The translations under genes and the position numbers were made by a program. This document shows, in pieces, positions 25,169-36,032 of a DNA stretch of 64,000 nucleotides (within the stretch, counting starts at the first letter, position 1; every line of letters starts with the position of its first letter). A model generated the notes under the pieces. The model saw only the letters and a program-made list of their open reading frames with translations. It was not told the DNA's origin and did not search any database. The stretch covers positions 15,440,001 through 15,504,000 of the forward strand of contig NC_087437.1 in the NCBI RefSeq assembly GCF_036321535.1. Direction: 5' to 3'. Source of the stretch: Camelus dromedarius. Lineage: Eukaryota.

Positions 25169-26383
25169 TTTGACCATAGAGAAGTCATTTTTCTAGTTTA
25201 GTTTTGATTGTGAGCTCTCTCTTTTTTTTTTTCTTTAAAGCAGCACGTAACACCCTGTTAGAAGAGCATTCCAGTCATTCTGCTGTGTAGAATTCTGCTA
25301 TGAAAGGGATATCCAACATTTTTCTGGTGCAGGTTTTCCCAGGTTTTGTCATCAGCGCATCACCATTGTGACTTCTGTTGCGGCATGTTATCACCTGTAA
25401 TATTATTTACTTAATAGAGGTCTGAAATTCTCTTGCCTTTTTTAAACTAAATTTATTTTAAAAGGATATTTTAGAGGTGAGTCTAGGGCTATGGTAACTT
25501 GAATGTGGTTCCCTTTCCAAATGAAGTTCTCCCTTTCTCTCTCTCCCTCTCTCTCTCTCAACCAGAAGAAAGGTCCAAGAAGAGCTGGAGTCTGGAGGAG
25601 AATTTGTACCGTAGACATCTGTGGATGCTCAGGGGAAGGCTGACGTTTGGCCAGATGAAGGCATCTGGTCCCCTCATCCCAACAGCTAAGAAGTTGTTGA
25701 ACCACTGGGCTAAGTTTTCATGTTCCTGAGGCTGGAGACTCCCAGACCAGGAAAGCATTTTCCAGAAGCCCCTACAGGAGATGAGCAGCAGGCTGGCATC
25801 TATGCTGCCTTGATTAAGACAGAACCCTGTCCCCCTTTTCCACCAACAGAATACCCATCCCTTAGGCTGCCCCAGCACTTGGACCTGAGCCTCTGTGAGC
25901 TGGCAGAGAGAGGAAGGGCAAACAGAACCCAGATCCAGTGAAACAGAGCTGCTGAAAGAGGACATAAATATAACAACATAAGTTTTCTTTTTTTAAAGCA
26001 CTGCAAACATTTAAATATAGCAAAAAAGAGACTTTGTGCAGCTAAAAAAAATGTGATTTCCCAATTAAACAATTCAATTGTTGAGTTGAAGGAGAAAATG
26101 GTCACTACTGAGATTCAGAGAAGCCAAGGTCAGCAAATAGCTTAAAACACAGAACAAAAATACAGGGAAGGAAATTAAGGAAAAAGTCTGGATGATAGAT
26201 GAATGAACTGGATAAATTTTCCACGAACTTGATCTTAATCCTTAGTCCAAAGGGAGAGAAAGGGCAAAAATAAACATGATCAGGGATAAGAAAGGAGACA
26301 TAACTACAGATACGATCAAAAATAATTGTTAAGAATACTACATGCAAGTCTTTTAACATCAAATTTGAAAACCTAGAGAAAAA

Positions 26384-26476
26384 AAAAGTGTTTTAATGGA
26401 GGTACTGGGGATGAAACCCAGGACCTCATGCATGCTAGGTGTGCACACTACCACTGAGCAATACCCATCCCCCCAA
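26384..26476 (-). mobile_element. tRNA-Ala-derived SINE (Vic-1 type)
   Basis: ggaggtactggggatgaaacccaggacctcatgcatgctagg...accactgagc, flanked by duplicated cctagagaaaa. Confidence 0.88.
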
Positions 26477-26709
26477 AAGCCTAGAGAAAAATGGATGTTT
26501 CCTTGGAAACACAAATTTCCAAAATTGGCCCTATAAGAAATAGAAAATATAAAAAGGCCAATTACCATAAATTATGGGAAATGTGTTAAAAGATTTACCA
26601 CTGAAAAACACACTAGTACCAAATGGGTTGATGATTGAGTTTTCTCTGAACTTTAAGGAAAGCCAGGCCAAAGACAGAATGTTTCTAATTGATTTAATAA
26701 AGCAAGTTT

Positions 26710-27130
26710 ATTAGTCAGGTTCTGCTGCAATAATGCTGTGTAACAATTTTTTAAAAACTCAGTGGCTTTTAACACAGGCTATAGTTCTGTGGGTCAACTA
26801 TGGCTTGGCTGGGCTTGGTTAGGCTTGGCTTCAGGCTACAGTTTGGGGTTAGTTCTGCTCCACATGTTTTCTCATTCGGAGACCAAGGACTACTGGAGAA
26901 ATGGTTTTCTCGAAGAGGAGGATGGAATGGAAAGAAGCCAAGTCAAACCATGGATGAATGTGGCTTATGTTGGTTGCTCACATCTGATTTGCCAAAGCCA
27001 CTCACATGGCCAATGTCAATGTTGGGGTGGGGCAAGTCAACTCCATCTTTGTAGAAGCCTCAGCAAAGGTGGGGAAAGATGGGGGGAGTGGAGGGGTTGA
27101 AGAACTATGTACAGATAGTACTATTTACTT
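26710..27130 (-). mobile_element. MLT1 (MaLR) LTR fragment nested in L1
   Basis: Starts attagtcaggttctgctgcaataatgctgtgtaacaa...ctcagtggctt; contains cacatggccaa. Confidence 0.6.
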
Positions 27131-29698
27131 GCCAGGATAACTTGAATACCAAACTTTACTTTTTAATATAAAGACAAAAACTCTAAATAAGGTATTAGCA
27201 AATAGTAGAAATATTTTCTACCTTGATCTGAATGGTGGGCTTGTAATTATTTGAGCTTCTCATTTAGGATTTGTGTCCTTTTCTGTAAGTGTGATATTCT
27301 TCAATAAAGAGCCTAAATGTATACTAGAAAATTAAACACAAGTCCAGACAACCGACAGACCTATATGATCAAGAAATAAATGGATTGTTTTTGAAGGTCA
27401 CTGAATTTTTCAAACAGCTTCTTAAAAAGTAGGCTTCATGAGGTCAGAGATTTTGCATTTTGTTTGTTGCTATGGGTCTAAATAAACAATGTCTATGACC
27501 TAGTTAGTTGTCCATAAGTATTTGCTACTGATGATTAAAGTAAAAAATAGACTACTCTAAAATATCAAAAGAATAATATATTTTGACCAAGTAGATTCTT
27601 TTCCAGGAATAAGTATGAGTAACTCTATTAGGCATATTTTTTTTACATCAGCATGTTGAAAGAAAGGTTGCGGGATCATACTAATAGATACCGCAAAGAC
27701 TTGGTAAAATTCAACAACCCTTCTAAAAAATATGTATAGTAAACTTGACATAGAACTGCTTAAATATTTAAACAGACGATTCACCAAAATCCAATAGGAA
27801 ATTTTATTCTAAATAGTGAAACACTGAGATAATTTCAATTAAAATTTAGGAAATTGACAGGGATGCCTGCCACCCCTATTGCTATCCGACATTGCTTTGG
27901 AGGTTCTAGCAAATGCAATAATACAAGAATATTAAATAATTGCTATAAACAATTGGAAAAGGAGAAATAAAACTATTTTTTCCTTTCTGTTCATGCTGTA
28001 GTTCATCCAGAAAATCCAAAGACTTTAGGAAAAAACCTGCTAGAATTAATAATTTGGAAAGTGTTTTCTTAAATGACACATATGTCAGAATAGTCTTTCC
28101 TTATTTTAGCAACAGACACCTAGCTATAGAAATTGGAAAAAAAATTTCAGTACAAGAGCAGCAAAAGGTATTTGGTGCCTAGAATAAACTTAGCGTGAAA
28201 AGTACAAGGCTTATTTGTAGAAAATTCTGAAATCTTATTGAAAGATGTTCTTGCTTGAGAAGGCAATGTTATAAACTATCAATTCTTCCAAAATTAATAT
28301 ATAAATTAAAGCCTTAAATTTCCATAGGGATTTTTGAATAGGATAAAATTATTGTAATGATTATAAAGAATAGTATAACACCTGAGAATTGGCCAAAGGG
28401 TTAATATCTGTAATATAATAACAGCTCTTACAAATTGATAAGTAAAAGATAATATAAATATAAACGAATTTTTTTTAAGTGGGCAAAGACTATGAAAAGG
28501 AAGTTTAGCATGGCCAGGAAACAAAAGAGAGGATGTTCAAAACACAAGCCATCAAGGAAATGCAAACTAAACTAAAAATGAAATAACACTCTTTGCTTAT
28601 TTGACAACAAAGATTATAAAGGTATAGCACTGATTGCTGGAGGAGACTCAGGAAAGAGGTCCTATCATACAGCTCTGGTGGAAATGTGAGTTTTTGGGAA
28701 TAAAATCTATGAACATCTATTAAAATAAACATACAGCTTGTTTTCGACTAGCAATCCCTCTCCTGAGGGTCTACCCTTTAGATATTAAACCATGAGTGTG
28801 TAAATACATACATGACACGTATGTGTATATATATACACAAGGATGTTTATGGCAGTGTTGTTTACAAAGGACAAGAATCAGAATCAGTGTGAGTGTTCAC
28901 CAGTAGGCAAATGTTTGAAAGAATTGGGATACATCCACGCCATAGAACATACATGTCATATACAGGTTCTCAAGTGAATTAGAGCTACAGCAGTGGACTT
29001 GGAGGAATTTCCAAGAGGTGTTTCTGAATAAGTGAAGCAAAATGTGAAACAGCATATACAACACGATTACATTTTGTGGAGCAATCAGCGCCAAAATCCC
29101 TAAATGAATGAAATTTCTGAAAAAAAGAAAAGAAAGAAAATTGTGATTTTTCAAATAAAGAAAAAAGGGAAAGAATACAACCCTCTTGTCCCTGCCAATA
29201 GAGGTGTTTCGCTGCACCTAGTTTATTTCTGCCAAGTGTCTGGATAGATAACAAAGCAGTATTAGAGTTCATTTGCAGAGTACATGCTCAAATTGATTAT
29301 CTTTAATTCAGCAATATTTGCAAGTGCCTAAGAGTTCCTTGGTCTTTTCTAATATTTGGAAAGGTTAATCACGACAGGTTTACTTAAATCATACTCCCTA
29401 CCCCAACCCTATGATGTTGAAATGGGAAGCCCATTTTAATGAAGAAAAAAAAAAACTAAAAAGAAAGCTATGTTTTCACCATAAATAAAAAATTAGATAT
29501 AGTTTAAAAAGTTGAAAGTTAAGGTAGCAGAAAAAAATAAAAATAGAATCACAATGAAGTTATTAAATTCCAGCTGCTATTGTCAGCAGATGGCTTGAAC
29601 TCAAGGTGTGCTCAATCTGTTATAAATGAATATTAACGTCGTTAGAGAGTTTTTCAAAGTCCACCAGCACCAAACTGAGAGGATCTATTCTCCAGTAT

Positions 29699-29830
29699 TT
29701 TTCATTTGTTTGTTTTGGGGGGGAGAGTAATTAGGTTTACTTTATTTAACCAGAGGTACTGGGGATTGAACCCAGGACCTCATACATGCTAAGCATAAAC
29801 TCTACCACTGAGCTATACCTTCCTCCTGTC
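29699..29830 (-). mobile_element. tRNA-Ala-derived SINE (Vic-1 type)
   Basis: gaggtactggggattgaacccaggacctcatacatgctaagcataaactctaccactgagctatacc plus the gtaattaggttt tail segment. Confidence 0.9.
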
Positions 29831-31812
29831 CTCTAGTACTACAGGCTCAAAAGATAACTGCAAAGGAAAGAATTCTTTCAGCACCTGCTTCAGTGTCATT
29901 TGATGCTCCACCCTCATGCCAACTAAAGTCCCTGGAGTCCCAGCTCCGGCGCTTGGGCAAATGCCGATTTAGTCTTATCTTCATTTTTTCCCATTGGAAA
30001 ACCAAGCCCTGGGAAGATGGGAGCCTCATGCAAGCTCAGACACCAGGATGGCAGCACGTCCTTCTGCCACACCAGGCTGGCTCTTCCTGAAGAAGCAGCA
30101 TCCCCTCTAGACGATCTAAAAAAGAAGGAAAATCAAGAGATGGCGTTCAGTTCTATTCTTTGCTGGTCGTGGAAAATAACTCCTGACTTTTTGCCTTTCA
30201 GTCACTTAGAAAAATAATCTCATTTCTATGAAAATTAAAATAGATGTTCAAAGAGTAGCATGGAATATATAAAGGTCCTTGGAGGAGAAAAATGTTCATC
30301 CAGCAACCACTTTGAGTGCTTTGTCTTGTTCCTCAGGGCGGGGAAGGACTTTAAGAATAGAACTCACGGAAGCAAGTGTTCCAAATGGAAGAGAGCGGTG
30401 GCAGGTAATTACAGTGTGATGGCTAATTACGGCTTTCCAGGAAGTGCCTGAATTACAGGGCAAGTGTCAATTCCCTGTTGCTTCCTCCTGAGAAGAATAA
30501 CACAGGCCAGAAAAATTGAGGTCTGGCTGGTAGGCATGAGAAACCTGGGCACACCTGGATCAGGGCAAGGCGGCTTTGTGTCCGGGGCTCACTACTGCCC
30601 CCGCCTTCCTTCAGCCCCTTGTCACGGGGGTGAGGGGCGCTGTCATTGACCATTAGCCACAGTGAGGGTGGCACTGCCCATCAGTCTCCTCCTGGCCTTG
30701 TCTCTAGCGCCAAGAGAGATGGAATGGTGAGAAAGGCAACACTGATGAGGTCATGGAGAATGGGCAGTGGTGAAATAGCGGGATCTCTTTCCCCTCTGCT
30801 CTGTACAAAGGCAACCTTTCATTCCCTTGGAAAAATCCACCACGGGCCCTCGCGAAGAAATGGTCTTCCCCAGGGCTTCTGTTTACTCAGCCCTCACTGG
30901 CAAGGCCAGGCCTGGCAGACACAAATGCCGTCCTTTTTAAGCCATCCTGACCTCAAATTGGCAGAGTGGAGAAACAAGAGTTTGTGTGAGGGGATCCCAC
31001 AGGGAAGGTCCGTGGAATTTTCCTGCAGCCGTTCTGACTGCAACAGAGGAGCTGTTAAACATACGGTTGTTTGGATGTGGGGCCGTTTTGACCTAGCCTA
31101 AAACCCAACCATTAAACTTTAAGCTTAAAAAAAAAAAAAAAAGCGAAGTACACAGACATCCCTGTCCAGTTCCAGAGCCTCACCCCATGGGTGGGGTGAG
31201 TCAGGGATGGAGTAAGGGTTTTAAGAGTCTGTTTTACACATTGGTTGATGATTTTAAGGAAGTGTTTTACCCTTTGACATAACCTGTCAGTGTCAAGAAG
31301 TCAGCATCAAAATGGCCACATGGAAGCATCTCTTGTCTCATGCAGCCCCAGTCGTGCCCTTCCACAGGGCGCCCTCTTTCTCATCCTGCCTCCCCTGTTG
31401 GTCTTGTCCCAGCCCCAGTCAGAACTCCTCAGCGGCAGACGCTGCTTCTCCGGGATCGCGAGCAGGAACAGCTGTTCAGTGCAGGCTTCTCTGACTAATA
31501 GTATGAAATATGCTTACATTCGGTTCGGACTTTCCCCACACGTGCAGAAGAAGCAATAAGAAGTGAAGTAAGGTCTCTAGGCCAGGGGTTTCTTCAAACT
31601 CTTTGGCCACAATCTACCATAAAAATTTTAAAAGCAACCTCTAACTACAACCCAGTATAGTAGCCTCAACTCATACACACACCCACACTCACACTTGATA
31701 CAGAGGTTTGATCAAATAAAACTTACATTCACTCTGCACAGTGAGGTTGGCTATATTCTCTTCTATGCTGTTTTGCTCTTCTTGATTTCACTTTCAGAAA
31801 TGCTTGAACATT

Positions 31813-31933
31813 GTAATGGAAAAGAATCTGAAAAAAAATATATATGTATGTATATGTATAACTGAATTGCTTTGCTGTACACCTGAGACTAACATTGTAA
31901 ATTGACTAGACTTCAATAAAAAATAAGAATAAA
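31813..31933 (+). mobile_element. Young 5'-truncated L1 3' end (artiodactyl-type)
   Basis: ctgtacacctgagactaacattgtaaattgactagacttcaataaa plus A tail; TSD aaatgcttg(a/g)acatt at 31798-31812 and 31934-31948. Confidence 0.85.
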
Positions 31934-32823
31934 AAATGCTTGGACATTCTACATGCCTTTGATTTGGTAGACACCTGGTGGTTGGTGACCCACAGTACGA
32001 AAACTTCACTCTGACCCTTGTGGACCCGTTCCTGACAGTGCTCTGCAGGGCACCAGCCTTGAGTGTGTCTGCTTAGGGCTCACCCACCTCCCTGAAGGTC
32101 CAGCAAGAGGAGTTACGCCGTGTGCTTCTGAGCTTGGGCTCATGCTGGCTCCCATCCTCACTGGCCCCTCCGCCTGCACAGGTAGCTGGCACTCGGTTGA
32201 TGTCATGGGATAGGCGGGTAGGTTGAGCCTTTGTGCCCACGTAGAGTCCAGGCCAGGTATGCCGGTCAGGGTGCAGCTGGGAAAAGGGAGAACATACTGG
32301 GTGTTTCGACAGAGAGGAGGTAATGCAGGGAATTGCTAACACAGTGGTTGAAGGGTTGACAAGACAGAAAGGCACCATGAGGTCATTCAGAGGTAATGTC
32401 AAGCAGTTAAGTGGTTCCTCAGCCAGCTGACTTGCCACACATCCACAGATTTGCCTGGTGGGGGGACAGTGAGATTTAGACAAATGGATTTAGATGGTTT
32501 ATTTCTCGTAGCACAGCAGGCATCATGAGCTTCAGGTCTGCATCTGTTCCCTTGTCCTGTATTCCGTATCCTGTCCAGTGCAGTGGGGTAATAAAGAGAC
32601 AGTGACAGAAAAAGGGAAAGGAAGGGGTGAGCCACCTGCAGGGACACGGAGGGGGGCTGAGGAGGGCAGGAGGCCACTCTCGGCCACCCAGGGCCCCTCT
32701 GGCCTGGCCTCAGCTCCCCTGTCTGCACCCGCTTCCTTCCTGCTGTGATCCCTGCCTGCCCTCACCTCAGCGTTCATCCTCCCTACTCCATATTCCCACC
32801 TCTCAGTTCTCAGTTCCTGATTT

Positions 32824-33640
32824 GTCTTTTTTTTTTTTTTTTTTGGCTTTGATAACTAAACTACTTTATTAAGTGAAAATAAATCAGGCATTTTAATGAA
32901 TACACAGTACTGATGTTTTATTCTTGGAAATAGTTTCTGTTCAATTGACAACATCCATGAATTAGCAAAGCCCAATAAGGAACTTGGCAAGATCCAGAGA
33001 ACATAACTCTATAAGTTCTGATCTATATTTAGTCTTAATAGCAAAAATCTAAGAGCAAATAATACTCAGAATTTCCACTGTAAAGGACTGCTAAGACATG
33101 AAATTTTTTGCAACTTAGTTACATTCTTTTAAGAGAATTTTAGTCAGGCTTAGACTTTAGGCACTTTTAATCTTACATGCTTTACAAAAGAAAGGGTTAG
33201 TTACCTATTCTTCTTACCTTTTGCAGTCATCAGTTTAACTGAATATCAAGTAGCTGGTGCTATGAACTATTTTAACATTTTAAAGTTCTGTATGACATAT
33301 CTAAAAATGAAAATTCAAAATCATCTTCTTTATACCAGGTATCAAATACCATTAATTCATGGGATCTCTTTTCACGTTTGCTGTAATTATTTGCTTAGTT
33401 TCTACTGTACTCTTAAAGTTATATACATACATAATATAATTTTTTACTTTCTTATGGACATGAATAGTGGCGGCTTGACTAAGGCCATCTGTTTGTGAAT
33501 CACTCTATTCTGGGGCAATATTTTATTTTGCAGCTGATCACATAAGTAAGCTCCAGGAAGACGAGCCTCTCTGGTCATTTCAGAGTTGTTTTCCAGTGCC
33601 TTGAACACAATAAATAATGATGAAGTGTGATTATTGAGGA
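32824..33640 (-). pseudogene. Retroposed polyadenylated non-coding sequence (likely the 3'-UTR portion of a 5'-truncated processed pseudogene; parent gene unidentified)
   Basis: T18 at 32827-32844, then tttatt (AATAAA on the minus strand) ~20 nt further in; AT-rich UTR-like body; flanking direct repeat agt(t/c)cctgattt at 32812-32823 and 33641-33652. Confidence 0.7.
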
Positions 33641-33652
33641 AGTCCCTGATTT

Positions 33653-34812
33653 TTTTTTAAACCACTTTATTGAAGTATGATTGACATGTAAAAGGTCATA
33701 CATATTTAATGTACACAACTCAGTGAGTTTGGGGATAAATGGACATCTGTGAAACCATCGCCACCATCAGGCCTTAGATATATCCATCACCTCCCAAAGT
33801 TTCCTCCCACCTCCTTTATTATTGTCGTTATTATTGTTATGATTGTTATGTGTGTGGTAAGAACACTTAACAAAATTTTTAAGTCTACAGTGCAGTATTG
33901 TTAGCTACAGGCATGATGCTGTCACATGGATATCCAGAACTTATTTATCACATATCCCTGAAACTTGATACCTTTGACCATCACCTCCCCGTTTCCCCCT
34001 CCCCACAACCCCTGGCAACTACCATTTGACTCTCTGCATCTATAAATCTGACTATTTTAGATCCTACCTGTAAGTGAGATTATACAGTGTTTGTTTTTCT
34101 GTGTTTGGCTTCTTCCACTTAATATGATGACCTCAGGGACCATTGTATGAGACTGGGCTCTCTAGAGACACAGAACTGGCCGGATATATATGGATACATG
34201 GAAGAGGACCCTGATTTCGGGAGTTGGCTCCTGTAGTCTGGAGGTCGAGGAGTCCCACAATCTGCCATCTGCAAGGTAGAGAGCCAGGAAAGCTGGTGGC
34301 ATAATTCAGTTCAAGTCTGAAGGGCTGAGAACCCCCCGGGGGGCTATTGGTACCAGTTCTGGAGTCCAAAGGTCCAAGAACCAGGAGCTTTGACATCCGA
34401 GGGCAGGAAAAGCTGGATGATGTCTCAGCTCAAGAAGAGACAGCATGTTAGCTCTTCCTTCACCTTTTTGTTCCAATCGCACCTTCAGTGGATGGGATGA
34501 TGCCTGCCCACATTGCTGAGGCCAGGTCTCTTTACTCGGTCTACTGAACCAAATGCTGATCTCTTCCAGAAACACCCTCACAGATGTATCCAGAAATAAT
34601 GTTTTACCAGCCAGCTAGGCATCCCCTTAGGCTAGGTAAGTTGACACATAAAATTAACCATCACATCCATTTATGTTTTGTTGAAAATGGCAGGATTTCC
34701 TTCATTTTTTTAAGGCTAAAGAATATTCCACTGAACTACTATACCACATTCTTTAAATCCATTTATTTGTCAGTGGTTATTTAAGCTGTTTCCGTATCTT
34801 GGCTGTTGGGAA
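33653..34812 (-). mobile_element. Old L1MA/MB 3' end split by an MLT2 LTR
   Basis: Antisense L1 tail (ctttattgaagtatgattgaca..., tatccagaacttat, cccctggcaactaccat); L1 sequence resumes after 34665 (gaaaatggcaggatttccttc). Confidence 0.85.
34144..34665 (-). mobile_element. MLT2 (ERVL) solo LTR
   Basis: tgtatgagactgggctctctagagacacagaac...aagttgacacataaaattaaccatcaca; TSD accat/tccat. Confidence 0.88.
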
Positions 34813-35249
34813 TCTCAGCCCCTGACTTAGCCTATCCAAGCTCACCATGTCCCTAGTGAGTCAGACTTTGGACCAGAATACTCCTGCCACTACATGTGAA
34901 CAACGGAGGAAGAGAGAATTTGGTACCCAAGTCCTCTGGATAAGGTCCAAGGGTCACAAAGGAGACTGTTTAGCACCTCACAGCTAGAAGGGATTTTAGC
35001 TATCACCTAGTTGAAACTTTCATTTCATGGACAAGAAGGCTGCGCTAAGAGACTCCGGGATCCCTCAGGTCCCAGGTTCCTCCAGTATGTTCTTGCCCAC
35101 CAACCCAGAGCTCTCCCAGCCCAGCCTGGGCTGGCCAGGTCTCTAGCGTCAGACCCTGTGTAGGGCAGTCATACCGCTGGATATCATCTATCTTTGCTTC
35201 TCTCCATGTGTCTTTGTACTGCGAGCTCTTTCTTTGTGGGGAAGGATGG

Positions 35250-35800
35250 CAGAAAGGGCTGGGTTCAAACCTGGGCTCTGACAGTTACTTGCTGAGTGAC
35301 TTTGAGCATGACTTCCCTTCTCTGAGACTGAACCCCCTTGCTCTAAGAATGCGGATCTCTCTTGTTAATGGTATGGTACAGATTGAATGAAATAATTTTT
35401 ATGCATAAGGCAGCTACTGCATAATGGAAAGAAGTTGGAAGACCTGGGTTCAGTTTCCAGACTTGCTAGCTGTCTGACCTTGGGCAAAGTTATGACCTCC
35501 CTGACCTCAACATACTGATCCGTACTATGGGGATAACAATTCCTTTCAAAAACAGTTATGATGATGATGATTTTTATTCATCCAATCATTGAACAAATAT
35601 TTATTAAACTATAAACTACTATGTGCCAGGCTCCATTCTAGATGCTAGGAAAGCAACAGTGAATAAGACCTACAGAATCTGTCATCATGGAATTTATATT
35701 CTACTGGGGGAGACAATAAGCAAATGAATAGAAGCATGTATAATTTAGTATTCCGAAGTGAAAAGGGCTATGAAAAATGAGAGGGAGGTTAGGGGAGGAG
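35250..35800. mobile_element. Cluster of MIR and L2 fragments
   Basis: MIR motifs ctgggttcaaacctgggctctg and tgaccttgggcaa; L2 motif attcatccaatcattgaacaaatatttatt...tactatgtgccagg. Confidence 0.7.
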
Positions 35801-35907
35801 AGAAAAGACAGACTGATTGTAGGAAGGCACTTGGTAAACTATAGAGCACCAAATAATTTAATAGGTACTTAGCAAATGCTAATTCCCTTCTCTTCTTGTC
35901 TACATTT

Positions 35908-36032
35908 AAAATTTTTTAAATTAACTTATTCTTTCTTCTTCTTATTATTATTTAGTGGAGGTGCTGGGGATTGAACCCAAGACCTCATGCGTGCTAAGCA
36001 TGCGCTCAACCTCTGAGATATACCCTTCCCCC
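35908..36032 (-). mobile_element. tRNA-Ala-derived SINE (Vic-1 type, short-tail variant)
   Basis: A/B boxes on the minus strand; TSD tcttgtctacattt at 35894-35907 and 36033-36046. Confidence 0.92.

Larger units (their letters stand above)
25940..29110 (+). mobile_element. Old fragmented L1 (L1ME-like) in sense orientation, with nested SINE and MaLR insertions
   Basis: A-rich + strand; decayed ORF2 RT segment at ~27860-27920 (QGCLPPLLLSDIALEVLANAI-like); 3' UTR motifs at 28700-29100. Confidence 0.75.
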
